Assembly (NCBI GenBank): GCA_965240325.2
Contig: OZ251247.1
Location: 496,001-560,000 of the forward strand
From: Rebecca billardiae RCC1528
Lineage: Eukaryota; Protista; Haptophyta
Length of the DNA stretch: 64,000 nucleotides
Direction: 5' to 3'
Under the pieces are notes generated by a model that was given only the letters and a program-made list of their open reading frames with translations, was not told the DNA's origin and did no database searches. Positions 44,384-55,356 of this stretch are shown one piece after another. The position numbers and the translations under genes are program-made. Each line of letters begins with the position of its first letter. Within the stretch, counting starts at the first letter, position 1.

Positions 44384-45976
44384 ATGGGTCAACTTCTTAG
44401 CGCCGAGGCGTGCTCGGCGCCGGCGCCGCGGCTGACCGACCTGCCCGCCGAGGTGATCGAGCGCATCCTGCTCGCGGTCGGCCGGCCGCATGACCTCGCC
44501 GCGGCCAACGCTACCTCGCGCCTATTCCGCGGCGCGCCCGGCGAGCGCTCGCCGGTGGAGCACGCGCTGCGCGAGCGCGCTCGTGCTCGCGGGCACGCTT
44601 CCGCGTTGCCGACCGAGCTGCCGGCGGGCGTGCGCACGTGGTCCGAGGAGTTGTTCGCCCAGGAACGCGTGTACGGGCTTGCCCGGGGTCACGCCATGCC
44701 CGTCGCTGCCGGTGGGGAGCCTTATCGCCGCGTGCTGAGCGCGTTTGTGGACGCGGAGGGCGGGCTGCACACGTGCGGCGAGGAGCTCGTGTGCGGCGAG
44801 CACGGGCGGGCGGACGTTCGTCCTGCCCGCGCCCTTGGCGTCACGGGTGCGGACATGGCACGCGAGCCCACGCGCGTCGCCTCGCTCAGCGCAGTGCGCG
44901 TGCGCTCCGTGGCCGCTGGGCGGGACCACCTGCTCGCGCTGAGCGCCGCCGGCACCGTGTACGGCTGCGGCTACAACGGGTGCGGCCAGCTGGGGCTGGG
45001 TGACGACGACAAGAGGCGGTCGTTTGCGGAGGTAGTCGTGCCTTCAGGTGGGTTGGTCGTGGCTATCGCCGCGGCCGATTGCCTCAGCTTCGCGCTCACC
45101 GCCGCTGGCTGTGTGTACAGCTGGGGCCGCAACTACTACGGCCAGCTCGGCCACGGCGACACGAAGGACCGGTGGGAGCCGACGCGCATCGAGGCGCTCG
45201 ACGGCGTGCGCGTCGGCGGCCTGGGCGCAGGGGGTGACCACACGCTGCTCCTATCTGCACACGGCGCCGTCTACTCTTTTGGCGTCGGCTCCTGGGGCCG
45301 TCTAGGCCACGGCAACCAACAGGATCAGCGCACGCCGAGGCGCATCGAGGCGCTCGCGGGCGTGCGCGCCGTGCACGTGAGCGCGGGCCGTGCGCACAGC
45401 CTGGTGGTGGACAGCGGGGGGGTGGTGTACTCGTTTGGGTGTGGTGAAGATGGCTGCCTGGGCCGCGGCGACATTGTTTCGCGGCGTCTGCCCAAGCGCA
45501 TCGCGGCACTGGCGGGCGTGCGCGCGGTGCGCGCATGCGCTGGGCCTGACTGCAGCGCGGTGCTGGGTGCGGACGGCAGCGTGCACACGTTCGGGGCCAG
45601 CTTCGAGGGCAAGCTGGGCCACGTATCTGATCCCGTCTATGGCAGTTGCCGGCAGCCTACGCGGTTACACTCCCTTGCGCATACGCGTGTGATCAGCTGC
45701 GCGCTCTACGCCACCCACGGCTTGTACGTGACAGCCGACGGGGCTGCGTACTCGTGCGGCCTGCAGTCGGCAGCGCTCGGCCAGGGCGTGAGCATGGCCG
45801 CCGCTGAGGCGGGGTCGCTGTGGACGCCGCCCATCCGCATCGAGCAGCTGCCGCGCGTGGGCGCACCGCCGGCCTCGGGTTGGGCATGGCTGGACGACGG
45901 CGGCGCTCACTGTCCTGCAGCGGAGCGGCATGCGCTGGCCGCGTCTGATGAGTGGGCACTGTACCGCTGTACGTAG
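44384..45976 (+). CDS. F-box-like + 7x RCC1-repeat protein (copy 11, about 530 aa), MGQLLS start and extended C-terminus
   Basis: aggATGGGT start context shared with copies 12 and 13. LTDLPAEVIERILLAV, then seven blades. Confidence 0.9.
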   Translation: MGQLLSAEACSAPAPRLTDLPAEVIERILLAVGRPHDLAAANATSRLFRGAPGERSPVEHALRERARARGHASALPTELPAGVRTWSEELFAQERVYGLARGHAMPVAAGGEPYRRVLSAFVDAEGGLHTCGEELVCGEHGRADVRPARALGVTGADMAREPTRVASLSAVRVRSVAAGRDHLLALSAAGTVYGCGYNGCGQLGLGDDDKRRSFAEVVVPSGGLVVAIAAADCLSFALTAAGCVYSWGRNYYGQLGHGDTKDRWEPTRIEALDGVRVGGLGAGGDHTLLLSAHGAVYSFGVGSWGRLGHGNQQDQRTPRRIEALAGVRAVHVSAGRAHSLVVDSGGVVYSFGCGEDGCLGRGDIVSRRLPKRIAALAGVRAVRACAGPDCSAVLGADGSVHTFGASFEGKLGHVSDPVYGSCRQPTRLHSLAHTRVISCALYATHGLYVTADGAAYSCGLQSAALGQGVSMAAAEAGSLWTPPIRIEQLPRVGAPPASGWAWLDDGGAHCPAAERHALAASDEWALYRCT

Positions 45977-46177
45977 TACGTGATTGATGATGCACCGCGG
46001 CCCGGCGCGTGGTCCGCCGGCAATAACGATATCATCACCATTCACCGCCACCGGGCGCCACTGGCGGGTCGTCCGGCGGCCTCGCGCACGCTGCCACGCA
46101 CTGAGCACGCCTCGTCCCTGGATGGCAGCGCAGCGGCCCGGCCGCCGCCGATATTTCAATTTCATGCATTGTACTAC

Positions 46178-46186
46178 GTATATATA

Positions 46187-46219
<33 letters not shown>
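46178..46219. repeat. (TA)n microsatellite
   Basis: Read directly. Confidence 0.95.
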
Positions 46220-49200
46220 GTCTAACCACTCCGCCATGCCCTGCTCGCTCGAAGCGTCGAGCACGACCGAGAGCTGGATGGTCGTGGCGTGAACTGCGTC
46301 TTGGGACAGTCCACTATGATGATCATGATTGGGACACGATCATGTTACATAGGTCGGGATTTTACCAACGAACGACGGGCGCTGGCAGTGCGGAGGCGCA
46401 GCTGCCCGTGGTCGAGAGGGCGCCCGTGAGGTCCGTCAGTCACGGAGGTCGACGGCCGATCTGGCTGACCAGACAGCACGGGTTGCACAGCACCGTTATC
46501 CCAGACAGAGGGTGGGAGGGTGGGCAAACAGTGAACCGCCGCCGCGGAGCTGACGCAGCAGCACGTGAGCTGCTGGACGAGAATGTGATGCCGGACGAGC
46601 GACGACGCGGCTGCGGTGCGGCGCTGCAGGGCGGAGGCGCTGACAGCAGCAACCTCACCGAGCAGAGGGGACTACCAAAGCAGCGTATACACCTCCTGTG
46701 TGCCGAGCTCACAAGAGTGGTCGGAGGAGAGTGTAGCGTGCGGTGTCGTGGGCCCCCTGCTCGGCTCGGCGCCTTGTGTCATGGCGCCCCCGTACCTTGG
46801 GCCGAGCCGCGCCGAGGCCAGAAGAGTCGCCTCGGATGGAACAGGAATCGCCGAGCAAGTCCTGCAGGCGGTGCCCGGTGCCGACCGGATTGGCTGCCGA
46901 AAAGGGGTCCGACCAGGACTGCGCGCGCTGGGCGGCGGGCGCCCCGGCCGGACAGCTGGTTGATGATGCCAAGCGAGCCGGATCTTGGTGTCGCTCTTAG
47001 ACACTCAGTTATTGTGCCAATAACGCCACGTCTAACCACTCCGCCATGCCCTGCTCGCTCGAAGCGTCGAGCACGACCGAGAGCTGGATGGTCGTGGCGT
47101 GAACTGCGTCTTGGGACAGTCCACGATGATGATCATGATTGGGACACGATCATGTTACATAGGTCGGGGGATTTTACCAACGAACGACGGGCGCGGGCAG
47201 TGCGGAGGCGCAGCTGCCCGTGGTCGAGAGGGCGCCCGTGAGTCCCGTTTATAAGTTAGAGCGGGCGTCCAAGTAGTGGTTGATGAATCCCGTTAAAAGA
47301 AGAGAAAGATTGGGGACTGCGCGTAGCGTTCACGCGCGCGCGGTGGCGCGGTGTGTGCCGCGTGTTGAGCGAGAGCGTGCGGCACATGGCGCGACGCGCG
47401 TGCGCGAGGCGTGCGCATATCTCAAACAGTGAACCGCCGCCGCGGAGCTGACGCAGCAGCACGTGAGCTGCTGGACGAGAATGTGATGCCGGACGAGCGA
47501 CGACGCGGCTGCGGTGCGGCGCTGCAGGGCGGAGGCGCTGACAGCAGCAACCTCACCGAGCAGAGGGGACTACCAAAGCAGCGTATACACCTCCTGTGTG
47601 CCGAGCTCACAAGAGTGGTCGGAGGAGAGTGTAGCGTGCGGTGTCGTGGGCCCCCTGCTCGGCTCGGCGCCTTGTGTCATGGCGCCCCCGTACCTTGGGC
47701 CGAGCCGCGCCGAGGCAATTTTACCAACGAACGACGGGCGCGGGCAGTGCGGAGGCGCAGCTGCCCGTGGTCGAGAGGGCGCCCGTGAGGTCCGTCAGTC
47801 ACGGAGGTCGACGGCCGATCTGGCTGACCAGACAGCACGGGTTGCACAGCACCGTTATCCCAGACAGAGGGTGGGAGGGTGGGCAAACAGTGAACCGCCG
47901 CCGCGGAGCTGACGCAGCAGCACGTGAGCTGCTGGACGAGAATGTGATGCCGGACGAGCGACGACGCGGCTGCGGTGCGGCGCTGCAGGGCGGAGGCGCT
48001 GACAGCAGCAACCTCACCGAGCAGAGGGGACTACCAAAGCAGCGTATACACCTCCTGTGTGCCGAGCTCACAAGAGTGGTCGGAGGAGAGTGTAGCGTGC
48101 GGTGTCGTGGGCCCCCTGCTCGGCTCGGCGCCTTGTGTCATGGCGCCCCCGTACCTTGGGCCGAGCCGCGCCGAGGCCAGAAGAGTCGCCTCGGATGGAA
48201 CAGGAATCGCCGAGCAAGTCCTGCAGGCGGTGCCCGGTGCCGACCGGATTGGCTGCCGAAAAGGGGTCCGACCAGGACTGCGCGCGCTGGGCGGCGGGCG
48301 CCCCGGCCGGACAGCTGGTTGATGATGCCAAGCGAGCCGGATCTTGGTGTCGCTCTTAGACACTCAGTTATTGTGCCAATAACGCCACGTCTAACCACTC
48401 CGCCATGCCCTGCTCGCTCGAAGCGTCGAGCACGACCGAGAGCTGGATGGTCGTGGCGTGAACTGCGTCTTGGGACAGTCCACGATGATGATCATGATTG
48501 GGAGACGATCATGTTACATAGGTCGTCGGGATTTTACCAACGAACGACGGGCGCGGGCAGTGCGGAGGCGCAGCTGCCCGTGGTCGAGAGGGCGCCCGTG
48601 AGTCCCGTTTATAAGTTAGAGCGGGCGTCCAAGTAGTGGTTGATAAATCCCGTTAAAAGAAGAGAAAGATTGGGGACTGCGCGTAGCGTTCACGCGCGCG
48701 CGGTGGCGCGGTGTGTGCCGCGTGTTGAGCGAGAGCGTGCGGCACATGGCGCGACGCGCGTGCGCGAGGCGTGCGCATATCTCAAACAGTGAACCGCCGC
48801 CGCGGAGCTGACGCAGCAGCACGTGAGCTGCTGGACGAGAATGTGATGCCGGACGAGCGACGACGCGGCTGCGGTGCGGCGCTGCAGGGCGGAGGCGCTG
48901 ACAGCAGCAACCTCACCGAGCAGAGGGGACTACCAAAGCAGCGTATACACCTCCTGTGTGCCGAGCTCACAAGAGTGGTCGGAGGAGAGTGTAGCGTGCG
49001 GTGTCGTGGGCCCCCTGCTCGGCTCGGCGCCTTGTGTCATGGCGCCCCCGTACCTTGGGCCGAGCCGCGCCGAGGCCAGAAGAGTCGCCTCGGATGGAAC
49101 AGGAATCGCCGAGCAAGTCCTGCAGGCGGTGCCCGGTGCCGACCGGATTGGCTGCCGAAAAGGGGTCCGACCAGGACTGCGCGCGCTGGGCGGCGGGCGC

Positions 49201-49287
49201 CCCGGCCGGACAGCTGGTTGATGATGCCAAGCGAGCCGGATCTTGGTGTCGCTCTTAGACACTCAGTTATTGTGCCAATAACGCCAC
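46220..49287. repeat. Complex scrambled tandem duplication (about 810-bp and 1360-bp periods) inserted in a microsatellite
   Basis: gtctaaccactccgccatgcc at about 46220, 47030 and 48389. The aaacagtgaaccgcc block occurs four times. Copies are nearly identical. Confidence 0.9.
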
Positions 49288-49494
49288 ATATATACATATA
49301 TATGTATATGTATATGTATATATGTATATGTATACATACATACATACATACATACTACATACATACATACATACATACATACATACATACATACATACAT
49401 ACATACATACATACATACATACATACATACATACATACATACATACATACATACATACATACATACATACATACATACATACATACACACACAC
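49288..49494. repeat. (TA)n/(TACA)n/(CA)n compound microsatellite
   Basis: Read directly. Confidence 0.95.
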
Positions 49495-52129
49495 TGAGTG
49501 CCGGAAAACTGCTCAGGGTGACGTTTTAAGTTGTCCGCACCACTAGTCGAATCATCGGACAATTCTGAAGCGGTGCGCCTAAATTCGGCGCACCATAGGC
49601 GCGTCGAATCGTGGCACAGACCTTGGTAGCAGGCCACACCTGAGCGCGCTGCGCGCGCCGACGCGCGCTCGGCGCGGGCAAAAAATCATGCGCCGTTGGC
49701 ATTACGCAGCCCCGCGCAGCGCTGTGCTCGAGCTCGGCGGCGGCGAAAGCGGGCGGGCGCACACGGCGGTGCCCGTGCGCGCTGCTCCGAGCGCAGCTGC
49801 GGCCACCCCGGCGGCATAACGCCGGTCGAGGGCACGAAAACCGATTTTTCGGGAAAATGCAGAGCAGCGGCGCCCGAGCGCGCCCGAGCTCGTCGCAGCA
49901 CAGTCTCCTGGTGGCTGCGCCCCGTGAAGCCACGCCACGCGGGGCGCTGGCGTGCGCGTGGCCTGCGCCCACCGTGCGCTGCCCGATCATGGCCGTCGAC
50001 CGCTCCGAGCGCCTCACCACGCGTGCTCGAGCCCACCGATACTGACGCCCGAGCACGGTGCCGGCAGCGCTCGCAGGTGGGCGTCGGAGAAAACACGCCG
50101 GCCGAACGAGCTTGAAGCGTCCGCCGCGATGCCAACGGCAGCGGACGACGTGCGCGCCACCTCGGCGCCAGTCGCCCAGCCCTTGCGCGGCGGTGCGGGC
50201 TCGCTCGTTCGCCGCCATCAGCTGCGCGCGCGCAGCCCGATCACTGCCCGCTGGTTCTGTTGTCGAGCAGCTGCGGCCTGCCACGCGCACTGCCGGACAT
50301 TGAGCCACAGCGCGAGCACGCGCCTCGTCTGGCACGCGCGAGCACTCAGCATCGTGCGTGGCCACCATGACGCGCCCATCTGCGCCAGCAGCGATGAGCA
50401 CGCCGCCGTTCAGCTCGCATCGGGCTCGCTCGCGACGCAGCAACGCGCGGCCGTAGCGGCAGCAGCGGCGCCGTCGAGCACGCGCAGCAAACAAATATGC
50501 AGCGCGGGCGAGTCGACGGTCTGGAAAATGCGCGATCACGCCACAGCAGGCTGGCAGAGCCCGCCCGAGCTGCAGCATGCCGTAGGTGCTGCCCCAAGCT
50601 CTCGACTGCCCGTAAGCGGCGGCATGTGCGGCGGCGCCGGCGGCGGCCATGCTGCCACGCCGTTGCGCGCCGCGGGGCGCCGTCGGCACCTCCGTGGTGA
50701 AGCGCACAGAGCTCGAGCCCACGGGGGCTGGCGACCGTCAAACCGACACCCCATGACGCGGGGCTGCGTGCGCCAGCTGCGCGCACTCCGTGGGCCCACC
50801 TAGCCCGCTCGAGCAGCTCGCCTTGGGTGCGCGCAGCGGCTCGAGCACACTGGTATGGGACGCCTGCCTGCGGTGCCGCCGAGCACATGCGGCCGACGGT
50901 CACTCAGCACGGGCGACTCGACGGCGGCGAGCAGGCGCGACGGCCTCGCCGCGCCGCGGAAAAGCCTGCCCGGGCTGCAGCACGCCGTAGGAGCAGCCCA
51001 GCGCCCTCCTCCGCCCTCCAGCTTCGGCGCGCGCAGCAGGCCCGGCGGCGGCCATGCTGGCGTGCCCAAGCATGAAGATGGGCGCGGCCGGCCGCGCCGT
51101 CGCAAAGCGCGCAGAACTCGAGCTCGGGGGGGCGGACGGCCGCCAAACTGGCGCGGCAGGACGTGGCACTGCGTGCGCCAGCTGCGCGCACCCGCTGCGC
51201 CCGCGTGGCCCGTGCGAGCGCCGCGCCTCGAGCACACGCAGCTGCTCGACACAGCCACGGCAGTGTGGCTTGTGCGCGTGCACGTGATCAGTCTCAGCTC
51301 TGAGGCGCGCGCTCAGGAGGGCTGCGGCCGGGCCGAGCGCGATCTGCGCGGACGGTACAGCCTGGCGGCTCATGCCAGCCAGCCCAAAGCCCGCTCCGCC
51401 ATCCGCGTCATGGCGCTCCAGCCTCTCGCGTGCTGCGCTGCAGCCGCGCTCGGCAAAGACGTCGCCCAGCCCGCCTTGCACGCGGCTGAGCAGTGGCAGC
51501 CAGGCGAAGCGTCGTCGCGGGCGAGGCTGCGCTGGGTGATGCGGCTCGGGTCGGTGGGCAAGTCGCACCCCGCCGTCGGTCGCCTCCACGCCTCAGGCTC
51601 GCTCGAGGTCAAAGACAACTGCGCGGCGCGGCGTTTGCGCGGGCGGGCCGCGGGCGTGGCGGGGTGTACGCGTGCAATGTCACAGCCTCCCACACAATTT
51701 CAGGAGGGTGAGACGCACCGCCAGCGGCACCCGCACACAATCCCACCCTGCGCGAGCCACCTGCCGTGTCGACTGAAGCATCAGGCTCGGGCGCAACCGC
51801 GGGCGGCGCATGCAAGAAGCTCGCGAAACGCACCGCGCGCGCCGTGAGGGCGAAAGGAGAGCACCCGTCAGGGCGGCGAGGAACTTGCCCAGCGCCACGC
51901 GGAAGACGACCCCAGCCCGCGTCGACGCATAGTCGGGCCCGCGAGCAGCCTCGTCGGTCTTCGCCGAGTAGATCGCGCCGCGAGCCGAGGCACCGCTCGT
52001 TTGAGGCTCCGTCCGCCGCGAAGTCGTCGCGGCTTCCACCCGAGTTCCACTGTCCGGCCGAGACCGGATTCGCTGACTCGAGCTGCGGACCGTCCGAAGC
52101 GTCACGGAAAATTCCAATCCTGCACTGTG
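49492..52129. mobile_element. Probable second CACAGTG-type element with an imperfect left end, inserted in the microsatellite
   Basis: Right end reverse-complements to CACAGTGCAGGA...GTGACG; left end reads CAC(TG)AGTGCCGGA...GTGACG. CA flanks both sides. Internal degenerate duplication of about 405 bp (about 50540-50830 vs 50950-51250). Confidence 0.5.
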
Positions 52130-52133
52130 CATG

Positions 52134-52392
<259 letters not shown>

Positions 52393-53356
52393 TGCTATAC
52401 CATTGCGTTAATCTGAGGTGGGCCGAAACGAGTGTTTGGCAGACGTCGAGAAAAAAACATGGCCGCCCCTGATTGGCTGATGCTTTAACACCCTTCAATA
52501 GCGCGCGAGAGCGCAAGATTCCCGTAAATGAGGAGGTCCGCAGGGACTCCGTTCAATCTTCCCATCGTCGCGGTTCGAGGACCAGCTCCAGCTCCGCCTT
52601 CGTCCGACCGAGGGGAGGTGAAGCTGGCGCCCTGGCCTTTCCGTCGAACACCTGCTCGCTACTTCAGCTCGGACTGCGGTCCGAACACGGCGTGGCAGAA
52701 TGGCGCCAAGCAGTAAGGTGATGGACGCGGCCGGGCGTTGACCGTTGCCCAAGACCGGCGGGTGCTGCGCGGTAAAATGCTCGTGCGCAGGGCCGGTCAG
52801 TTGGAGTCCGCGCTCCGCAGCGCGGAGCACGTGAAGCGAACAGAGTGTCCGCAGCCACAGATGCGGTGGTCAGCTCATGCAGGTTCGTGATAAACCAGTT
52901 CTCGCGCGGCCATCAACACCGCCACTCCCTGCCCCTGATCATCTCGTCGCTCGAGAACCCGCGCGAGCGGGAAATGGATGGGTCGGGCACGGCGGGCATC
53001 GAGTCCTACCTCTTATTGCAGTGCTCCCTGCAGCAGCAGTCACTGCTCGACAGCATGGGTGGTGCAGTCAGGTCGGGAGCACCGTCAGAGCCCATTGCCT
53101 TGCCAATGCTGGTGTACTTTGACCGAAGCCACTTCTGCGCGGAGGCTGCTGGTGAGTGGTGACGCCATCATTGCCAAGCGCGCCGGCCGCGAGTCACATT
53201 CAACACCGACGACGAGGCGAGGCGCGGAAGAAGCTGCGGTGGCTGCTGCTGTACAGGTCCGGGGTGGCCAAGACTAGGGCGATAACGGCCATCCCACGGT
53301 GCTGCCCGGTGAGAACGTGCTCCGATGATCATATAGTGTCTGTGCGCCGCGCCGGG

Positions 53357-54234
53357 CATAACTCACTCGGTAGACCCACATGAGAGTAGATTGAGGTGGG
53401 GGCCGCGTTGATAAACGCGTGAGGTGACTAGGTCACACCCCCGAAGCCGTCCAGGATGCGACGCCGACCAGGAAGGACTCGCCGATGCATTCGAGCAACT
53501 ACGCCGACAGAAGCCGATGACCGCCTAGACGCCGAAGAGGAAGTACTCGATGGAGCGCGTAGACCGCAGGCGCTGGCAGCCGACGCCCCCCCCCCCCCCC
53601 CCCCCCCAACGCAAGTTTGGGCAGAGCGCGGCGCCGCAGGAGGCAGAGGCCTCGAGGGCCTCCACCCCCCCCCGACACCGCGCGCACCCAAGGCCATGCC
53701 CACCCAGCAACCAGCAGGGTGGGAGGGCAGGGAGAAACAACTCCCAGAGGAGGAGCAGCCACCAGCGCAGCGGTGACCAGAGCAGCCACGCCGGCCGCCG
53801 CGCCGCGGGTGCAGCCAGCGAGCGCGGCCGCACCCAGACGCGCATCGCTTGCCGAGCTGCTGAGCCAATCCAGGCCCGCGCCCAATCCGGGCCTGGCTCG
53901 GCTTGACGACCGGAAAACCTCCAGGCAGCCGGACCCTGGCTGCCAGCCCGCCCTCATGAGGGCTACCGGTGAGTTATACCCGCATAACCGAGCGGTTATA
54001 CAACCATAACTCACTCGGTAGACCCACATGAGAGTAGATTGAGGTGGGGGCCGCGTTGATAAACGCGTGAGGTGACTAGGTCACACCCCCGAAGCCGTCC
54101 AGGATGCGACGCCGACCAGGAAGGACTCGCCGATGCATTCGAGCAACTACGCCGACAGAAGCCGATGACCGCCTAGACGCCGAAGAGGAAGTACTCGATG
54201 GAGCACGTAGACCGCAGGCGCTGGCAGCCGACGC

Positions 54235-54265
<31 letters not shown>

Positions 54266-55356
54266 CGCAAGTTTGGGCAGAGCGCGGCGCCGCAGGAGGC
54301 AGAGGCCTCGAGGGCCTCCACCCAGAAGGAGGTGTGGAATGCCACACCCCGCAGGGGTGGTGGCCGGGGGCCCGAAGAGGCCGAGGCCGCCGAAGGGGTA
54401 GCGCGAGGACCGAAGGCGGCAGAGGCCCAGAGGGGCTCCCCGCAGGGTTGTATGAGTAAGGACGATCCAGACGGCATGCGACAGTGGGCACGAAGACATG
54501 CGCGGCGGCGGCGGCGCAGGCGGGAAGCAGGCGCGAGACACGCACGCGTAGCGTCAGATAAGGTAGCAGGTCGCATCCCACACACAGCAGTGCACGGCAG
54601 ACTGCAGAGAAGGCGGCAGAGAAGGAGAGAGCAGCACCCACCCGCCAGGCGATGAAGGCAAGCGAGACTGTGAAGCGTGAGAAGATTGCAGACGGGGACG
54701 CCTGGGAGCGGTTCCCAGGCGCCCCCATCGAAAGCAGAGCATGAGAAGATTGCAGACGGGGACGCCTCGAAGCGGTTCCGAGGCGCCCCCATCGAAAGCA
54801 GAGCATGAGAAGATTGCAGACGGGGACGCCTCGAAGCGGTTCCGAGGCACCGCCATCGAAAGCAGAGCATGAGAAGATAGATTGCAGACGGGGACGCCTC
54901 GAAGCGGTTCCGAGGCGCCCCCATCGAAAGCAGATAGAGCATGAGAAGATTGCAGACGGGGACGCCTCGAAGCGGCTCCGAGGCGCCCCCATCGAAAGCA
55001 GAGAGCAAGCAGGGCAGGTGCACGAGTGGAGAGAGCGAGGGCTGAGGGCGGCCTACCGCCGACGCACACGCACCTGGAAGAAACAACTCCCAGAGGAGGA
55101 GCAGCCACCAGCGCAGCGGTGACCAGAGCAGCCACGCCGGCCGCCGCGCCGCGGGTGCAGCCAGCGAGCGCGGCCGCACCCAGACGCGCATCGCTTGCCG
55201 AGCTGCTGAGCCAATCCAGGCCCGCGCCCAATCCGGGCCTGGCTCGGCTTGACGACCGGAAAACCTCCAGGCAGCCGGACCCTGGCTGCCAGCCCGCCCT
55301 CATGAGGGCTACCGGTGAGTTATACCCGCATAACCGAGCGGTTATACAACCATAAC
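53357..55356 (+). mobile_element. Head-to-tail pair of a non-autonomous element with asymmetric sub-terminal inverted repeat and 3' hairpin (rolling-circle/HUH-like)
   Basis: Copies 53357-54004 and 54005-55350 share about 300-bp left and 275-bp right blocks. CATAAC at left end, junction and right end. 5' ATAACTCACTCGGTAG vs 3' CTACCGGTGAGTTAT, followed by hairpin ATAACCG-AG-CGGTTAT. Confidence 0.65.
54679..55003 (-). repeat. Five tandem 64-bp units, each a 17-bp stem-loop
   Basis: Units at 54679, 54743, 54807, 54871 and 54943. Minus-strand GATGGGGGCGCCTCGGA-ACCGC-TTCGAGGCGTCCCCGTC pairs fully if G.U is allowed. Confidence 0.9.

Noticed and set aside
54679-55003. Hammerhead ribozyme in the 64-bp units
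   Set aside because: GAAA is present but no CUGANGA core was found on either strand.
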